Source of the DNA: Thermoanaerobaculia bacterium
GTDB taxonomy: Bacteria > Acidobacteriota > Thermoanaerobaculia > UBA5066
Assembly (NCBI GenBank): GCA_963816185.1
Contig: CAWFJJ010000028.1
Location: 352,001-416,000, forward strand
Length of the DNA: 64,000 bases
Reading direction: 5' to 3'
The notes below the pieces were generated by a model. It had not been told where the DNA came from. It did not search any database and was given only the letters and a program-made list of their open reading frames with translations. The stretch's first letter is position 1, and each line of letters starts with the position of its first letter. Shown here piece by piece: positions 1 to 9,787 of this stretch. The translations under genes and the position numbers were made by a program.

Positions 1-1903
1 CGAGCCGGGGCGTCAAGTCGTGGCCCTCGGCGAGCTCCTCCATGGCCTTTTCGTGGGCGAACCGGATGATGTCGTGGTACGTCCTGCAATACTGCGGAAA
101 GAAGTTCGCTCCGCGCGGGTCCTTGAGGTTGAGCGGCGCGATCTTCTTGAGCATCCTTCGCAGCAAACGAAACTCCGGCGCGTCCGAATAGGTCTCGCGG
201 CGGAGAAGCTGGTCGTCGAGAAGCTCGGTGACGCACCCTTCGTAAACCACGTTCTCCTCCGCGTCGACGGTGACCTCGGCAACGCCCTTGAGAACTTGCG
301 TCGCGTTCCCGGTGTCGACGATGGTGGGGACATGGAACTCCCTCGCGATCGCCGCCAGGTGGCCGGTGGAGGTACCGATGTCGGTGATGACGGCGCTGGC
401 CTGGGCGACGGTCGCGGCGAGGCGCGGAGAGGAGGTCCGCGCCACCAGCACGACGCCCTGCGGAATGGACTCCGCCTCTTCGCCGCCCGTCAGGACGTGC
501 ACGGGCCCTGCGCCGATGCCCCGGCAGGCCACGACGCCCTGGTCCTTCAGGAGGACGGAATACCGGCTCGTCACCTCGGAAAGGTCGCGGGGCCGCGGGG
601 CCGCGGCGGCCGTGAGGCGGAGCGGCCTGGCTTGCAGAATGAAGAGGCGCCCCTCGGGATCGATCGCCCATTCGATGTCCTGTGCGGCCTTCATGTACCT
701 TTCGACCCGGAGGGCGGCGTCGACCACCGACGCGATCTCTTCGTCCGAGACCGAGGAGGCCGCCCGTTCGGCCGAGGGGACCGGAACGCGCTCCACCTTC
801 CCGCTTCGACCGACGACGTACATTTCGTCTTTGTGGGCCACCGACCTCGAGAGCAGGGCGTGCGGCACGTCCCGCGACACCTCGAACCGGTCTACGGGGA
901 CGTTTCCCTCGACGACGGCCCGGCCAAGGCCGCGGGCCGCGCCGATCTGGAGGACCCGTCTCGACGGATCGTTGGGGTCGAGAGTGTAGACGACGCCCGA
1001 CGCGCGGGCCGGGACCATGGCGAGACAGCCCACGGCCATCACCCCGTGCGCCGGATCGAGGCCTCCCGCCTTCCGGTACTGCATGACTCCGGCCGAGAAA
1101 AGGCTTGCGACGACTTGTCTGTACGCCGCGAGGACGTCGGCCGAGGCGACCCCGAGCTCGGTTGCATATTGCCCGGCGAAGCTGAGCTCGCCGTCTTCAC
1201 CGAGCGCGCTGCTCCGTACGGCGAGCGCGGGGAGCCGGCATTTTCCCTTGAGGTCATCGAGCGCGTTGCGGACTGCACGCGAGAGCTCCTTCGGAATCCC
1301 GGCGGCCTTGACCCGGGACTGGAGCTCCTCCGATAGGTCCGCGAGCTCGGTCGGGTAACCCGTTTGACTCTTGGCACGCCAGCGCTCGATGGCCTCGGTC
1401 GTGCCGGCATGCTCGAGAAACCGTTGGCAGGCGTATGCCGTGATCGCAAAGCCCTCGGGAACCCTGCAGCCCTCCAGCTTCCTGAGGGAGCCGAGGCGAG
1501 CCATCTTCGCGCCGACGGCGTCGGCCAACTCCTCGCCGATGCTCTCGATGGGGATGACGTAGTCGGCCTCCGGGACGAAGATGCGCGACTCCAGGGTGGC
1601 TCGAACGGAGGCGTCGGCGCGCTTCAGCGCGTCCACGAGGTCCGGATAACGGTCGCCGGTGATTGCGTTGAGGTTGAAGACGACGGCGCGAGTGGCCGTC
1701 TCGAGCTCCTTCGCCAGGGTGACGAGCGAGTTACGATCGAAGACGTACTCGCCCCCGAGCATCTCGCCCGCCTGCGCGATGAGCTCGAGCACCTGGTTGT
1801 TCTTGTCGACGAGGTCGCGCAGCTCCCCGATCCTCCGGCGCACGGCCTCGACGGTGTCTTCGGTGCGACGGCCGCCGGTGACTTTCTTCCAGAAGCTTGC
1901 CAT
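1..1903 (-). CDS. PEP/pyruvate-binding domain protein (PEP synthase/PPDK-like, with phospho-His swivel domain); 3' end runs off the window
   Basis: Translated by hand from ATG 1903: MASFWKKVTG... with motifs VGAKMARLG, VPEGFAIT, AVRSSALGEDGELSFAGQY, QDIEWA, ILQARPL and ITDIGTSTGHLAAIARE. It is missing from the ORF track because there is no stop inside the window. Confidence 0.85.
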   Translation of the reverse strand, partial: MASFWKKVTGGRRTEDTVEAVRRRIGELRDLVDKNNQVLELIAQAGEMLGGEYVFDRNSLVTLAKELETATRAVVFNLNAITGDRYPDLVDALKRADASVRATLESRIFVPEADYVIPIESIGEELADAVGAKMARLGSLRKLEGCRVPEGFAITAYACQRFLEHAGTTEAIERWRAKSQTGYPTELADLSEELQSRVKAAGIPKELSRAVRNALDDLKGKCRLPALAVRSSALGEDGELSFAGQYATELGVASADVLAAYRQVVASLFSAGVMQYRKAGGLDPAHGVMAVGCLAMVPARASGVVYTLDPNDPSRRVLQIGAARGLGRAVVEGNVPVDRFEVSRDVPHALLSRSVAHKDEMYVVGRSGKVERVPVPSAERAASSVSDEEIASVVDAALRVERYMKAAQDIEWAIDPEGRLFILQARPLRLTAAAAPRPRDLSEVTSRYSVLLKDQGVVACRGIGAGPVHVLTGGEEAESIPQGVVLVARTSSPRLAATVAQASAVITDIGTSTGHLAAIAREFHVPTIVDTGNATQVLKGVAEVTVDAEENVVYEGCVTELLDDQLLRRETYSDAPEFRLLRRMLKKIAPLNLKDPRGANFFPQYCRTYHDIIRFAHEKAMEELAEGHDLTPRL

Positions 1904-1917
1904 GGCCGCGAGGCGAC

Positions 1918-2769
1918 CTACTTGCGCCGCTTCGAGCCGCGGCCGAAGGCAATCCCCGTCAGCATGCCCGCGGCGATCGCGAGCAGCACCGACGCGATCC
2001 CGTAAAGGAGGCCGCGTTCGTGAGCCATCCTCGAGGTGAAGGCGGCAAAGCCCACCTGCCTGAGGAGCACGGTCGTTTCTCCCACGAGGGCGCCGTTTCC
2101 ATCCCGGAAGGAGAACAGCCGGACCTGGTAGCTGCCGGGAGGTGTGCGCGGCGGCAGGAACAGGTCCGCGGCCACTTCGAGCCGATCCGGAACGCCGCGT
2201 TCCAGGGCGACGGCGCCCTCCACGACGGAGAAGAGTTCTTCGTGCGTTTTCAGGCGCACGAGCTCGCGAAAGGTCGCGTGGACGTCGCCGGAGGAATCCG
2301 TTGGAGTCGCCCGAGCCTCGAGGCCGCCGTAGCCCACCCCGAGGCGGGCGAGAACGTCGAGGGGAGCGAGCTGCGCCACGGGCGCGGAGGTACGGAGAAC
2401 ATAGAGGGAGGGGACGTGATCGAACGCAACGTCGGCCGTGTTCATCCAGAAGAGGCCCCAGACGCGTCCTTTCCGCTTGAGATCCAATCTGGTCTCATTG
2501 CCAACGCACAACACGGCGGCCTGGTGGCCGGCCGGGATCGTTCCGAGGACTTGCAGCGTGGTCCCGTTGAAAAAAAGGTCGACGCCGATGCGAGCAGGAG
2601 TCACCGCGAGCCCGCCTTGGGCGGCCGGAACGGCAGGAGGTGTCGTGCTGAATCCTCGGTCCGATCGGAGCGCGACACCCAGCAGGCTCAGAGCCAGCAG
2701 GCCGAAGCCCAGGGTCTCCCCGAGGCGTGGGGATTTCGAGGTCCGCGAATCTCGCCGGAGGCCGCGCAT
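1918..2769 (-). CDS. TIGR02186-family putative transmembrane protein
   Basis: 'KRKGRVWGLFWMN...VPSLY' motif, C-terminal TM helix (LLYGIASVLLAIAAG), and position directly after a TauE gene, as is typical for this family. Confidence 0.75.
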   Translation of the reverse strand: MRGLRRDSRTSKSPRLGETLGFGLLALSLLGVALRSDRGFSTTPPAVPAAQGGLAVTPARIGVDLFFNGTTLQVLGTIPAGHQAAVLCVGNETRLDLKRKGRVWGLFWMNTADVAFDHVPSLYVLRTSAPVAQLAPLDVLARLGVGYGGLEARATPTDSSGDVHATFRELVRLKTHEELFSVVEGAVALERGVPDRLEVAADLFLPPRTPPGSYQVRLFSFRDGNGALVGETTVLLRQVGFAAFTSRMAHERGLLYGIASVLLAIAAGMLTGIAFGRGSKRRK

Positions 2770-2772
2770 CGC

Positions 2773-3714
2773 TCAGTGCCCTCCTCCGTAGCCGAGCATC
2801 ACGTCCGGGCGAAGGAGCAGGCTCAGGAGCATCTTCACCATGACGACCAGGACGATGACGGACATCAGGATCTTGAGCTGATCGGCCTGCAGCCGTTTGC
2901 TGAACCGTGCGCCGAGCTGCGCACCGATGACCGATCCGATGAGCAGGATCAGCGCCAGGACGACATCCACGGTGTGGTTGACCGTGGCCTGGAGGATCGT
3001 CACGTTGATACACGTCGCGAGAATCTGAAAGAGGCTCGTCCCGACGACCACGTGCATCGGCATACGGAGGAGATACACCATGACCGGAACCATGATGAAT
3101 CCGCCCCCCACCCCCATGACGGCGGCGAGCACGCCGACCACGATTCCGAAGAAAACGGGCACAAGCGCCGAGAAAGTGACGTTCGAGCGCGCGAAATGCG
3201 TCCTGAGCGGAAGCGCATCGAGGAGGCGCGTGACTGCCGAGCGGCGCTCTTCAACGCCTTCTCGAGGCGGCCGCCGGCCTCCGCGCAACCCCTGGAGGCT
3301 CTCGGCGAACATGTAGCTGCCGATCCCGCCCAGCATGAGAACGTAAGTCGCGGTGATCGCGAAGTTCGCCTCTCCGACGCTGCGGAGGAGCCTGATCACC
3401 AGGACGCCGAGCGATCCGCCGACGACTCCGCCGGCGAGCAGGAGGCCGCCCATCTTGAAGTCCACGGAGCCGGCCCTCGCGTGAGCGTAGGTCCCCGAAG
3501 CCGAAGCCGCCACGATCTGGTTGGAATCCGAGGCCGCCGCGATCGTCGCCGGAACCCCGATCATCATGAGAAGGGGAGTCATCAAGAAACCGCCTCCCAC
3601 CCCGAAGAGGCCCGAGAGAAAACCGACGAGCCCGCCGAGCCCCAGGAGGAGAAAGACGTTGACGGCGTTGCCGGCGATCGGGAGGTACACCGAGAAGGTC
3701 ATGTGATCCGTCAA
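2773..3714 (-). CDS. Sulfite exporter TauE/SafE family protein
   Basis: Two repeats of G(L/V)xGVGGGF(L/I)M, 'VVVGTSLFQ', multiple TM helices, N-terminal YLPIA. Confidence 0.9.
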   Translation of the reverse strand: MTDHMTFSVYLPIAGNAVNVFLLLGLGGLVGFLSGLFGVGGGFLMTPLLMMIGVPATIAAASDSNQIVAASASGTYAHARAGSVDFKMGGLLLAGGVVGGSLGVLVIRLLRSVGEANFAITATYVLMLGGIGSYMFAESLQGLRGGRRPPREGVEERRSAVTRLLDALPLRTHFARSNVTFSALVPVFFGIVVGVLAAVMGVGGGFIMVPVMVYLLRMPMHVVVGTSLFQILATCINVTILQATVNHTVDVVLALILLIGSVIGAQLGARFSKRLQADQLKILMSVIVLVVMVKMLLSLLLRPDVMLGYGGGH

Positions 3715-5294
3715 GCCTCCTTTTCTTGCTTCCGGGCGACAGGCAGAAAGACGGTGAACGTCGTCCCCTTGCCGACCTCGCTTTCGACCGCGATCTTGCC
3801 GCCGTGCTTCTCCACGATCGTGTGCGCCACCGTGAGGCCGAGCCCCGTGCCTTGCCCGGCCTCTTTCGTCGTGAAGAAGGGATCGAAAATCTTGCCTAAG
3901 TTCTCGGCCGCGATTCCCACGCCGGAGTCGCTGATCTCGATGCGAACCTGGGAATCCCCTTCGGGGCGCGCTCGAATGCCGAGCACGCCGCCCTTCGGCA
4001 TCGCCTGGATTCCGTTGAGGCAGAGGTTCAGGAACACCTGCTGAAGGTTGCGGGGATTGCCCAGGATGGTGGGCAAGGTCCCGTCGAGATCCAAGCAGGC
4101 CTCGACCTTCGCCAGGCTGACCTCGTTGGCGATCAGCCTGAGGGTCGATTCGAGGAGCCGCGGAACGGCTACCCGCGTGAAGGCGGGCTGGTCCTTGCGT
4201 GTGAAATCGAGGAGCTGGGAGACGGTCGCGCTCGCCCGCTCCACCTGCGTGGCGATCTGGCCGAGCATGTGGATCTTCTCGTCGTCCGAGAAGCTCGCAA
4301 AGTCACTGAGCAAGGTCTCGGTTGTCAGGCTGAGGTTATTGAGCGGGTTATTCAGCTCGTGGGCGATTCCGGAGGTCAAGGACCCCACCGCGGCCATGCG
4401 CTCCGAGTGGACCAATCTCTCTTGGTGAGCCTTGAGCTCGTGCATCGTGCGGTTCATCGCCATGGCGAGGTTCGAGAACTCGTCGCGGTACCTGCGTACC
4501 GGCGTAATGGGCGAATAGTCTCCTTCGCCGATGCGCTCCATGTATCGCATGAAACGCCCGAGCGGCTGCAGAACCGTGCGGGCGAGAAAGGCTCCGACGA
4601 GGGCCATCGTGACGACCATGAAGACGAGGAACCCGACCGCGGACACCATGGCGGTGTTGAGCGCGGCGTGCACGGCAAGGCGCTCCTGGTCGAGCGCTTC
4701 CTGCGCATCCACGACGATCTGCGCACCGTGACGCCGCAGGAGGGTCTGGACGCCCAGCCGTTCGTCCGCATGCGGCGCAGCCGGGTCTCGGGTCAGATGA
4801 AGGAGGCGCTCGAGATTCGTCTGGTAGGCGCCGAGGCTGGCGCGCATGCTGGCGAGCTTCCCGGCGCCGAGAACCGACGCCAGCTCTTGTCGATTGCGGT
4901 CGAGGGTGGCATCCGCCATGTGAACGCTCGTGAGGGCGTCGTCGAGGTTCGTCCCGTACAGGAAGAAGTTCTTCTCGTAGCGGCGAGCCTGCTGAATCTC
5001 GAACTCGTAGCCTGCGGCCCGCTCGAGGAAGCCCTGCTTGACCTTGAGGTTCGAGATGAGCAACACGGCCGTCACGGTGATGGCCGACAAGACGACGAAG
5101 ACGGCGCCAAAAGCGGCGGCGATGCGCACCGCGACGCTGATCCGCGGACGTTGGAAAAGGGCCCGCTGCGCTTCGAGCTCTGGCCCGTCGTCGACTGCTT
5201 CTGGTCGAGGCGATGGTTCCGGAGAGGTCACGCGCGAGACCCCTCGAGCAGGCTCTCGAAGGGCGCGAGAACGGACCTCTTCACGATATCTCAT
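3711..5294 (-). CDS. HAMP-domain sensor histidine kinase (NtrB-like); start uncertain (ORF open to 5372)
   Basis: Two TM segments, HAMP, H-box GIAHELNNPL, N-box NLCLNGIQAM, DSGVGI, FDPFFTTK, GTGLGL. Confidence 0.9.
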   Translation of the reverse strand: MRYREEVRSRALREPARGVSRVTSPEPSPRPEAVDDGPELEAQRALFQRPRISVAVRIAAAFGAVFVVLSAITVTAVLLISNLKVKQGFLERAAGYEFEIQQARRYEKNFFLYGTNLDDALTSVHMADATLDRNRQELASVLGAGKLASMRASLGAYQTNLERLLHLTRDPAAPHADERLGVQTLLRRHGAQIVVDAQEALDQERLAVHAALNTAMVSAVGFLVFMVVTMALVGAFLARTVLQPLGRFMRYMERIGEGDYSPITPVRRYRDEFSNLAMAMNRTMHELKAHQERLVHSERMAAVGSLTSGIAHELNNPLNNLSLTTETLLSDFASFSDDEKIHMLGQIATQVERASATVSQLLDFTRKDQPAFTRVAVPRLLESTLRLIANEVSLAKVEACLDLDGTLPTILGNPRNLQQVFLNLCLNGIQAMPKGGVLGIRARPEGDSQVRIEISDSGVGIAAENLGKIFDPFFTTKEAGQGTGLGLTVAHTIVEKHGGKIAVESEVGKGTTFTVFLPVARKQEKEA

Positions 5295-5350
5295 CGTGGC
5301 ATCGTTCCGGCGTCGCGTCAACACACGGAAAACATCGCCGGAACCTGATC

Positions 5351-5356
5351 TATGAT
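5351..5356 (+). promoter_or_regulatory. Putative sigma70 -10 box (TATGAT), 8 nt before the livH-like GTG
   Basis: Near-consensus hexamer with no Shine-Dalgarno; part of a recurring pattern in this window. Confidence 0.5.
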
Positions 5357-5364
5357 CTCGTTCC

Positions 5365-6222
5365 GTGGGCACGATGCTGCTTCAGGCAGTCGCGTCCGGC
5401 CTCGTGCTCGGCCTCGTCTATGCCGGAATCGGGGCCGGCTTCTCGCTCATCATGACGACCGGACGCCTGATGAATCTCGCCCACGGGGAGTTCGTTCTCG
5501 TCGGCGGCTACATCCTCTTTGTTCTTTGTCGTGGCTTCGGATGGCCGTGGGCGCCCGCCCTCGCGTTGACCGTGCTCGGCGGGGCGCTTCTCGGGGCCGC
5601 GCTGCCCCCTCTCGTCCGCCGGCTGCCCCGGCGCGAGGTGGACGGACTGGCGATGACACTCGGCGTCGCTTTCGTGCTTCAGAGTCTCCTTCTGCAGGTT
5701 GCGGGCGCGACTTATCGTGTGATACCGGGCGGGACCTGGTCGCGAACGATCGCGCTCGGGCCGGTGACTCTGAGCCGGGTCGCGCTCCTCGCGGCCGGTG
5801 CGGCGGCGGCGGCCCTCGTCGGGCTCGATGTCTGGCTCCACACGTCCTGGACCGGCTCAGGCCTCAGAGCGGTCAGTCAGTCCCGGTCCGCTGCGGCCTG
5901 CCTCGGGATCTCTCCGTCCCGGATGGAGTGGGCGGCTTTTCTCGCGGGGGGAGCAATTGCGGCCGGCGCCGGCGGGCTCGTCCTTCTGACCCGCTTTCTC
6001 ACCCCGGGGGAAGGTCCGGCCTGGACGCTCGTGGCTCTCGCCGTCGTCTTCCTGGCCGCGCGTTCCCGAGCGGGTGCCCTCATCGCGGCGGGAGTCGCGC
6101 TCGGAGTCGTCGAATCGCTTGCGACGGTGCTCGTGGGAGGCGGGTGGCGCGAGATCGTGTCGAGCGGTTGCGTCCTGCTCTGGCTTCTTCTTCCCGGGAG
6201 GTCGGTGGTCACCGATGCGTGA
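5365..6222 (+). CDS. Branched-chain amino acid ABC transporter permease (LivH-like)
   Basis: 'GLVLGLVYAGIGAGFSLI...MNLAHGEF' and 'LRAVSQSRSAAACLGI' motifs; hydrophobic. Confidence 0.88.
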   Translation: MGTMLLQAVASGLVLGLVYAGIGAGFSLIMTTGRLMNLAHGEFVLVGGYILFVLCRGFGWPWAPALALTVLGGALLGAALPPLVRRLPRREVDGLAMTLGVAFVLQSLLLQVAGATYRVIPGGTWSRTIALGPVTLSRVALLAAGAAAAALVGLDVWLHTSWTGSGLRAVSQSRSAAACLGISPSRMEWAAFLAGGAIAAGAGGLVLLTRFLTPGEGPAWTLVALAVVFLAARSRAGALIAAGVALGVVESLATVLVGGGWREIVSSGCVLLWLLLPGRSVVTDA

Positions 6223-7835
6223 GCAGAGGCGATTTGCTCTCCTGTGGGCGATCGTTTTGGGCGCCGGCGGCATCGCCCTGGTAACCCTCGGCCGATACGG
6301 TCTTCACATCGTCGCCTTCGGGCTTCTCTATGCCGCTCTCGCGACGAGCTGGACCTGCCTGCGCGCAACGGGGCTCTTCTCCTTCGGGCAGGCCGCATTC
6401 TTCGGAGTCGGAGCGTTGACGCAAGCCTGGCTCGTCGCAGCCGGCGGGATCTCCCCGTGGCTGGCTCTCTGCGCGAGCGCGGGGGCGGGTGCGTTGGCGG
6501 CGGTCCCGATGATCGCCGGCCTTCGTCTCTCTCCTGCGAGCTTCGGACTGGCGACCCTCGCGTACGCCATCCTTCTGAAGGGTCTGGCGTCAAATGCGCC
6601 CGCCTTCGGAATGGAGGGATTCCTCCTCCCCAAGACGCCTGGCTTCGACGGGCCCGCGGCCCCGCTCGTCGTGACACTGGCCGTACTGGTCTTGGCCATC
6701 ATTCTCGGCTACGAGGCGTTCCTCAGCCGGCCGAGCGGCCGCGCCGCTGCCGCGATTCGCCAGTCGCCCGAGACGACGCTCGCCCTGGGAATCGACCTCG
6801 TCGCGGCGCGCTGGCGCCCGCTCACGCTGAGCGCGGCCACGACGGCGATGGCGGGCGCCCTTTACGCGCATCTCGTCGGAAGTGTCGAAACGGCCGTCGT
6901 TTTTTCGTCGACCTTCTCGGTCATACCGCTGATCTTGGGGATGCTGGGAGGGGCTCTCAACCCTCTCGGCGGATTGGTCGGGACGCTCGCGCTTTATCCG
7001 CTCGACGAGCTCTTGTTCAGGCCTGTCTTTCCACAGGCCCACATCCTCGTCTATGGCCTCGCCCTCTGCTGCTTGCTGCTCTTCAGGCCCGAGGGCCTCC
7101 TCGGGATCCGGACGCCACCGATTCCGATCTACGCGTCTTCGCGGCGGATCGCTCACGGGCCGTGGCCATTGTCCGTTCGCGGGCTGACCGTGCAGCGCAA
7201 TGGGACGACGGTGCTCCGCGACGTCAATTTCGCGCTCGAACCCGGTCAGATTCTCAGGGTTCTCGGGCCCAACGGCGCGGGCAAGACGTCGCTCCTTCTG
7301 GCGATTGCCGGGAGGCATTCCCGCCGCGCGAGGAGCGGTTCTGCTGGGCGGCGCCCCTTCTCCCACCGGCACCGCGGCGCGGGCCCGACGCGGGCTGGGG
7401 CGGACGTTCCAGGCCCCCAGACCGTTTGCAGAGTGGACCGTGCGCGAGAACGTCGCGCTCGCGGCGGAGCGCGGCGGAGCTCCGGGCGAAGTGGAGAAGC
7501 TGCTTCAGGAGCTCGACCTCTCCGAGCTTTCAGACCGCCGGGCGGGCCAGCTCAGCGTGGGGGAGGGCAAGCGCCTCGAGCTCGCGCGGGCGCTCGCGTT
7601 CGAGCCCTCTCTTCTGCTTCTCGATGAACCCCTGGCCGGGCTCAGCCCGATGGCCGCCGAGCGCGTTTCCCATGTGATCGAGAGGAAGCGCCGCGAGGGC
7701 GCCGCGGTCGTCTGGGTCGAGCACGGCCTTGCTTCCGACGACCTGGCGACCACGCTGCTCGTCCTCGAGGGCGGGCGGATCCGTTTCCTCGGGTCGCCCC
7801 GCGACTGGGAGGCGGCGCGTGGAGCGCCGTCATGA
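6215..7835 (+). CDS. Fused LivM-like permease/LivG-like ABC ATPase; one frameshift near 7312
   Basis: ATG 6215 (MREQRRFALL), 'GLFSFGQAAFFGVGA', Walker A GPNGAGKT; continues in ORF 7200..7835 with LSVGE signature and LLLDEP. Confidence 0.8.
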
Positions 7836-8537
7836 CGGCTCGCCTCGTCGTGGGCGAGCTCACGGGCGGCTACCCCGGGGTGAGCGTCTTTTCGCGAGCG
7901 AGCTTCTCCGTCGAGTCCGGGGAGATCCTGGCGATCCTGGGCGCCAACGGCTCCGGGAAATCCGCCCTGCTCGAGACCTTGCAGGGCCTTCTTGCGAACC
8001 GGGGCGGCGCTGTCCTTCTCGACGGCGAGAGCGTGCAGGACCTCGCGCCTGAAGGACGCGCCGCGCGCGGGATGAGTCTCGTCTCCGACCGGCGCCGGCT
8101 CTTCAGGGACATGACGATCGACGAGCATTTCCGCATCGGCGCGTTTCGCGCCGCGGCGCGACGCGGCTGGCGACAGCGCTCGCTGCGAGCTTCGGGGCAT
8201 CTTCACGGGTCTGGCGCGACACGGCCGTGCGCGACCGGCAGGCCTGAGCGGCGGGCTCCAGCAGCAGCTCGCGCTCGCGAGGTTCGGCATGTCCTCCCCG
8301 CGGGTCTGGTTGCTGGACGATCCTCTTCAGGGGCTCGATGACGTCACGGAGGGTCGCGTCCTCGAGTGGATCCAGAGAGCGGCCGAAAGCGGCGCGGCCG
8401 TGATCCTGACGGGCCAGCACGTCCGCGCGTTTCTCGGCGTGGCGACGAAAGCGATGTTTCTCGAAGGGGGCTGCCTGACCGCAATTCCCACGGGCGCCGA
8501 GGGCCTCGCGGAGCCACGCGTACGCCGGTTGCTCTGA
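7832..8537 (+). CDS. LivF-like ABC ATPase; frameshift(s) around 8190-8245
   Basis: Walker A GANGSGKS, 'LFRDMTIDEH'; LSGG and LLDDP lie in the second frame (ORF 8289..8537). Confidence 0.78.
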
Positions 8538-8575
8538 TTGGTGCCCGTCGGAAGCGTCGTATAGTTCGTCGCGCC

Positions 8576-8986
8576 ATGAGCGAACCCGAAGTCAACTCCA
8601 CTGCTTCCGCGCACTTCATCGTGGCGCCCTCCGATCTCGCGAGCGCCCTCAACCTCGAGCCCGCCGACGCTTTCCCGCCTGTCTTCGCGACGTCCCGAAT
8701 GGTGGCTCTCATGGAGCTTGCGGCGGCACGAGTTCTCAGGCCGCACCTTCGTCCAGGCGAGCTCTCCGTCGGCGTCACGCTCGACGTCGTCCACACGGCG
8801 GCCACTCCTCCCGGCGCCACCGTGTCGGCCACGGCGAAATTCCTCGGGCGCGAAGGAAAGCTCTTCGTCTTCGAGATTCTGGCCACGGACGACGCGGGTG
8901 AGATCGGCCGCTGCACGCACAAGCGTGCGGTCGTCACGACCGAGAGGCTCGTCGCGGGCGCGGCTCGCCGCGGAGAGAAGGCCTGA
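8576..8986 (+). CDS. Fluoroacetyl-CoA thioesterase (FlK)-like hotdog thioesterase
   Basis: VFATSRMVALMELAA ... SVG...VVHTAATP carries the Thr/Glu/His triad pattern; TATAGT lies 10 nt before the ATG. Confidence 0.85.
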   Translation: MSEPEVNSTASAHFIVAPSDLASALNLEPADAFPPVFATSRMVALMELAAARVLRPHLRPGELSVGVTLDVVHTAATPPGATVSATAKFLGREGKLFVFEILATDDAGEIGRCTHKRAVVTTERLVAGAARRGEKA

Positions 8987-8993
8987 GACCTCG

Positions 8994-9787
8994 TTGACGA
9001 ACGTCGAGATCCTCGGGCGGAATCTCGAATACCGCTGGATCGGACCGCCGCCCGGCGACGCGCCGTCGATCGTGTTCCTGCACGAGGGCCTCGGCTGCGC
9101 CGCGATGTGGCGGGACTTCCCCGACCGCGTGGCGTCCGCGGCTGGCTGCGGCGCTCTCGTCTACAGCCGGACGGGCTACGGCGGCTCCGACCCGGTGCTC
9201 GCGCCGCGGCCCGTTCGCTACATTCACGACGAGGCGCTCGAGGTGCTCCCGGCCGTCCTGGAGCATTTCAAGCTCGAGAAGGCCGTTCTTTTCGGTCACA
9301 GCGACGGCGCGTCGATCGCACTCATCCATGCCGGCGCCCGTTCAAGCTCCGTCCGCGCGCTGATCCTCGAGGCTCCGCACGTCGTCGTGGAACGGTCAGC
9401 CTCGAGGGCATCACGCGGATCACAGCGGATTACGAGACGACGAACCTGAGAGAGCGGCTTGCTCGGCATCACGGCCGCAACACCGACTCGATGTTTCGGG
9501 CGTGGTCCGACGTGTGGCTCAGACCCGAGTTCCGGCAGTGGAGCATTGAAGAGTATCTGCCGTCGATCGAGTGCCCCGTCCTCGTCGTGCAAGGCGAGGA
9601 CGACCAGTACGGCACCCGAAAGCAGGTGGACGCCGTCGTGACGAAGGTCAGGGGTCCGGCCGAATCGCTGATCCTTCCGCGTTGCGGCCACTCTCCGCAC
9701 TCGGAGCGGCCGGACGAAGTCCTCGACGCGGCTCTCCGGTTCATCCGAAACACGCTCGATCCGCGGCGCGACGCGCCGCCTGCTTAG
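8994..9787 (+). CDS. Alpha/beta hydrolase; frameshift near 9395
   Basis: FLHEGLG, nucleophile elbow GHSDG, then QGEDDQYG and CGHSPH in the second frame. Confidence 0.82.

Noticed and set aside
20-4044. Long plus-strand ORFs (438 aa, 715 aa) and similar antisense ORFs throughout (e.g. 24063-26825, 47543-51256)
   Set aside because: These are shadow ORFs opposite well-supported genes, expected in GC-rich DNA, and carry no recognisable motifs.
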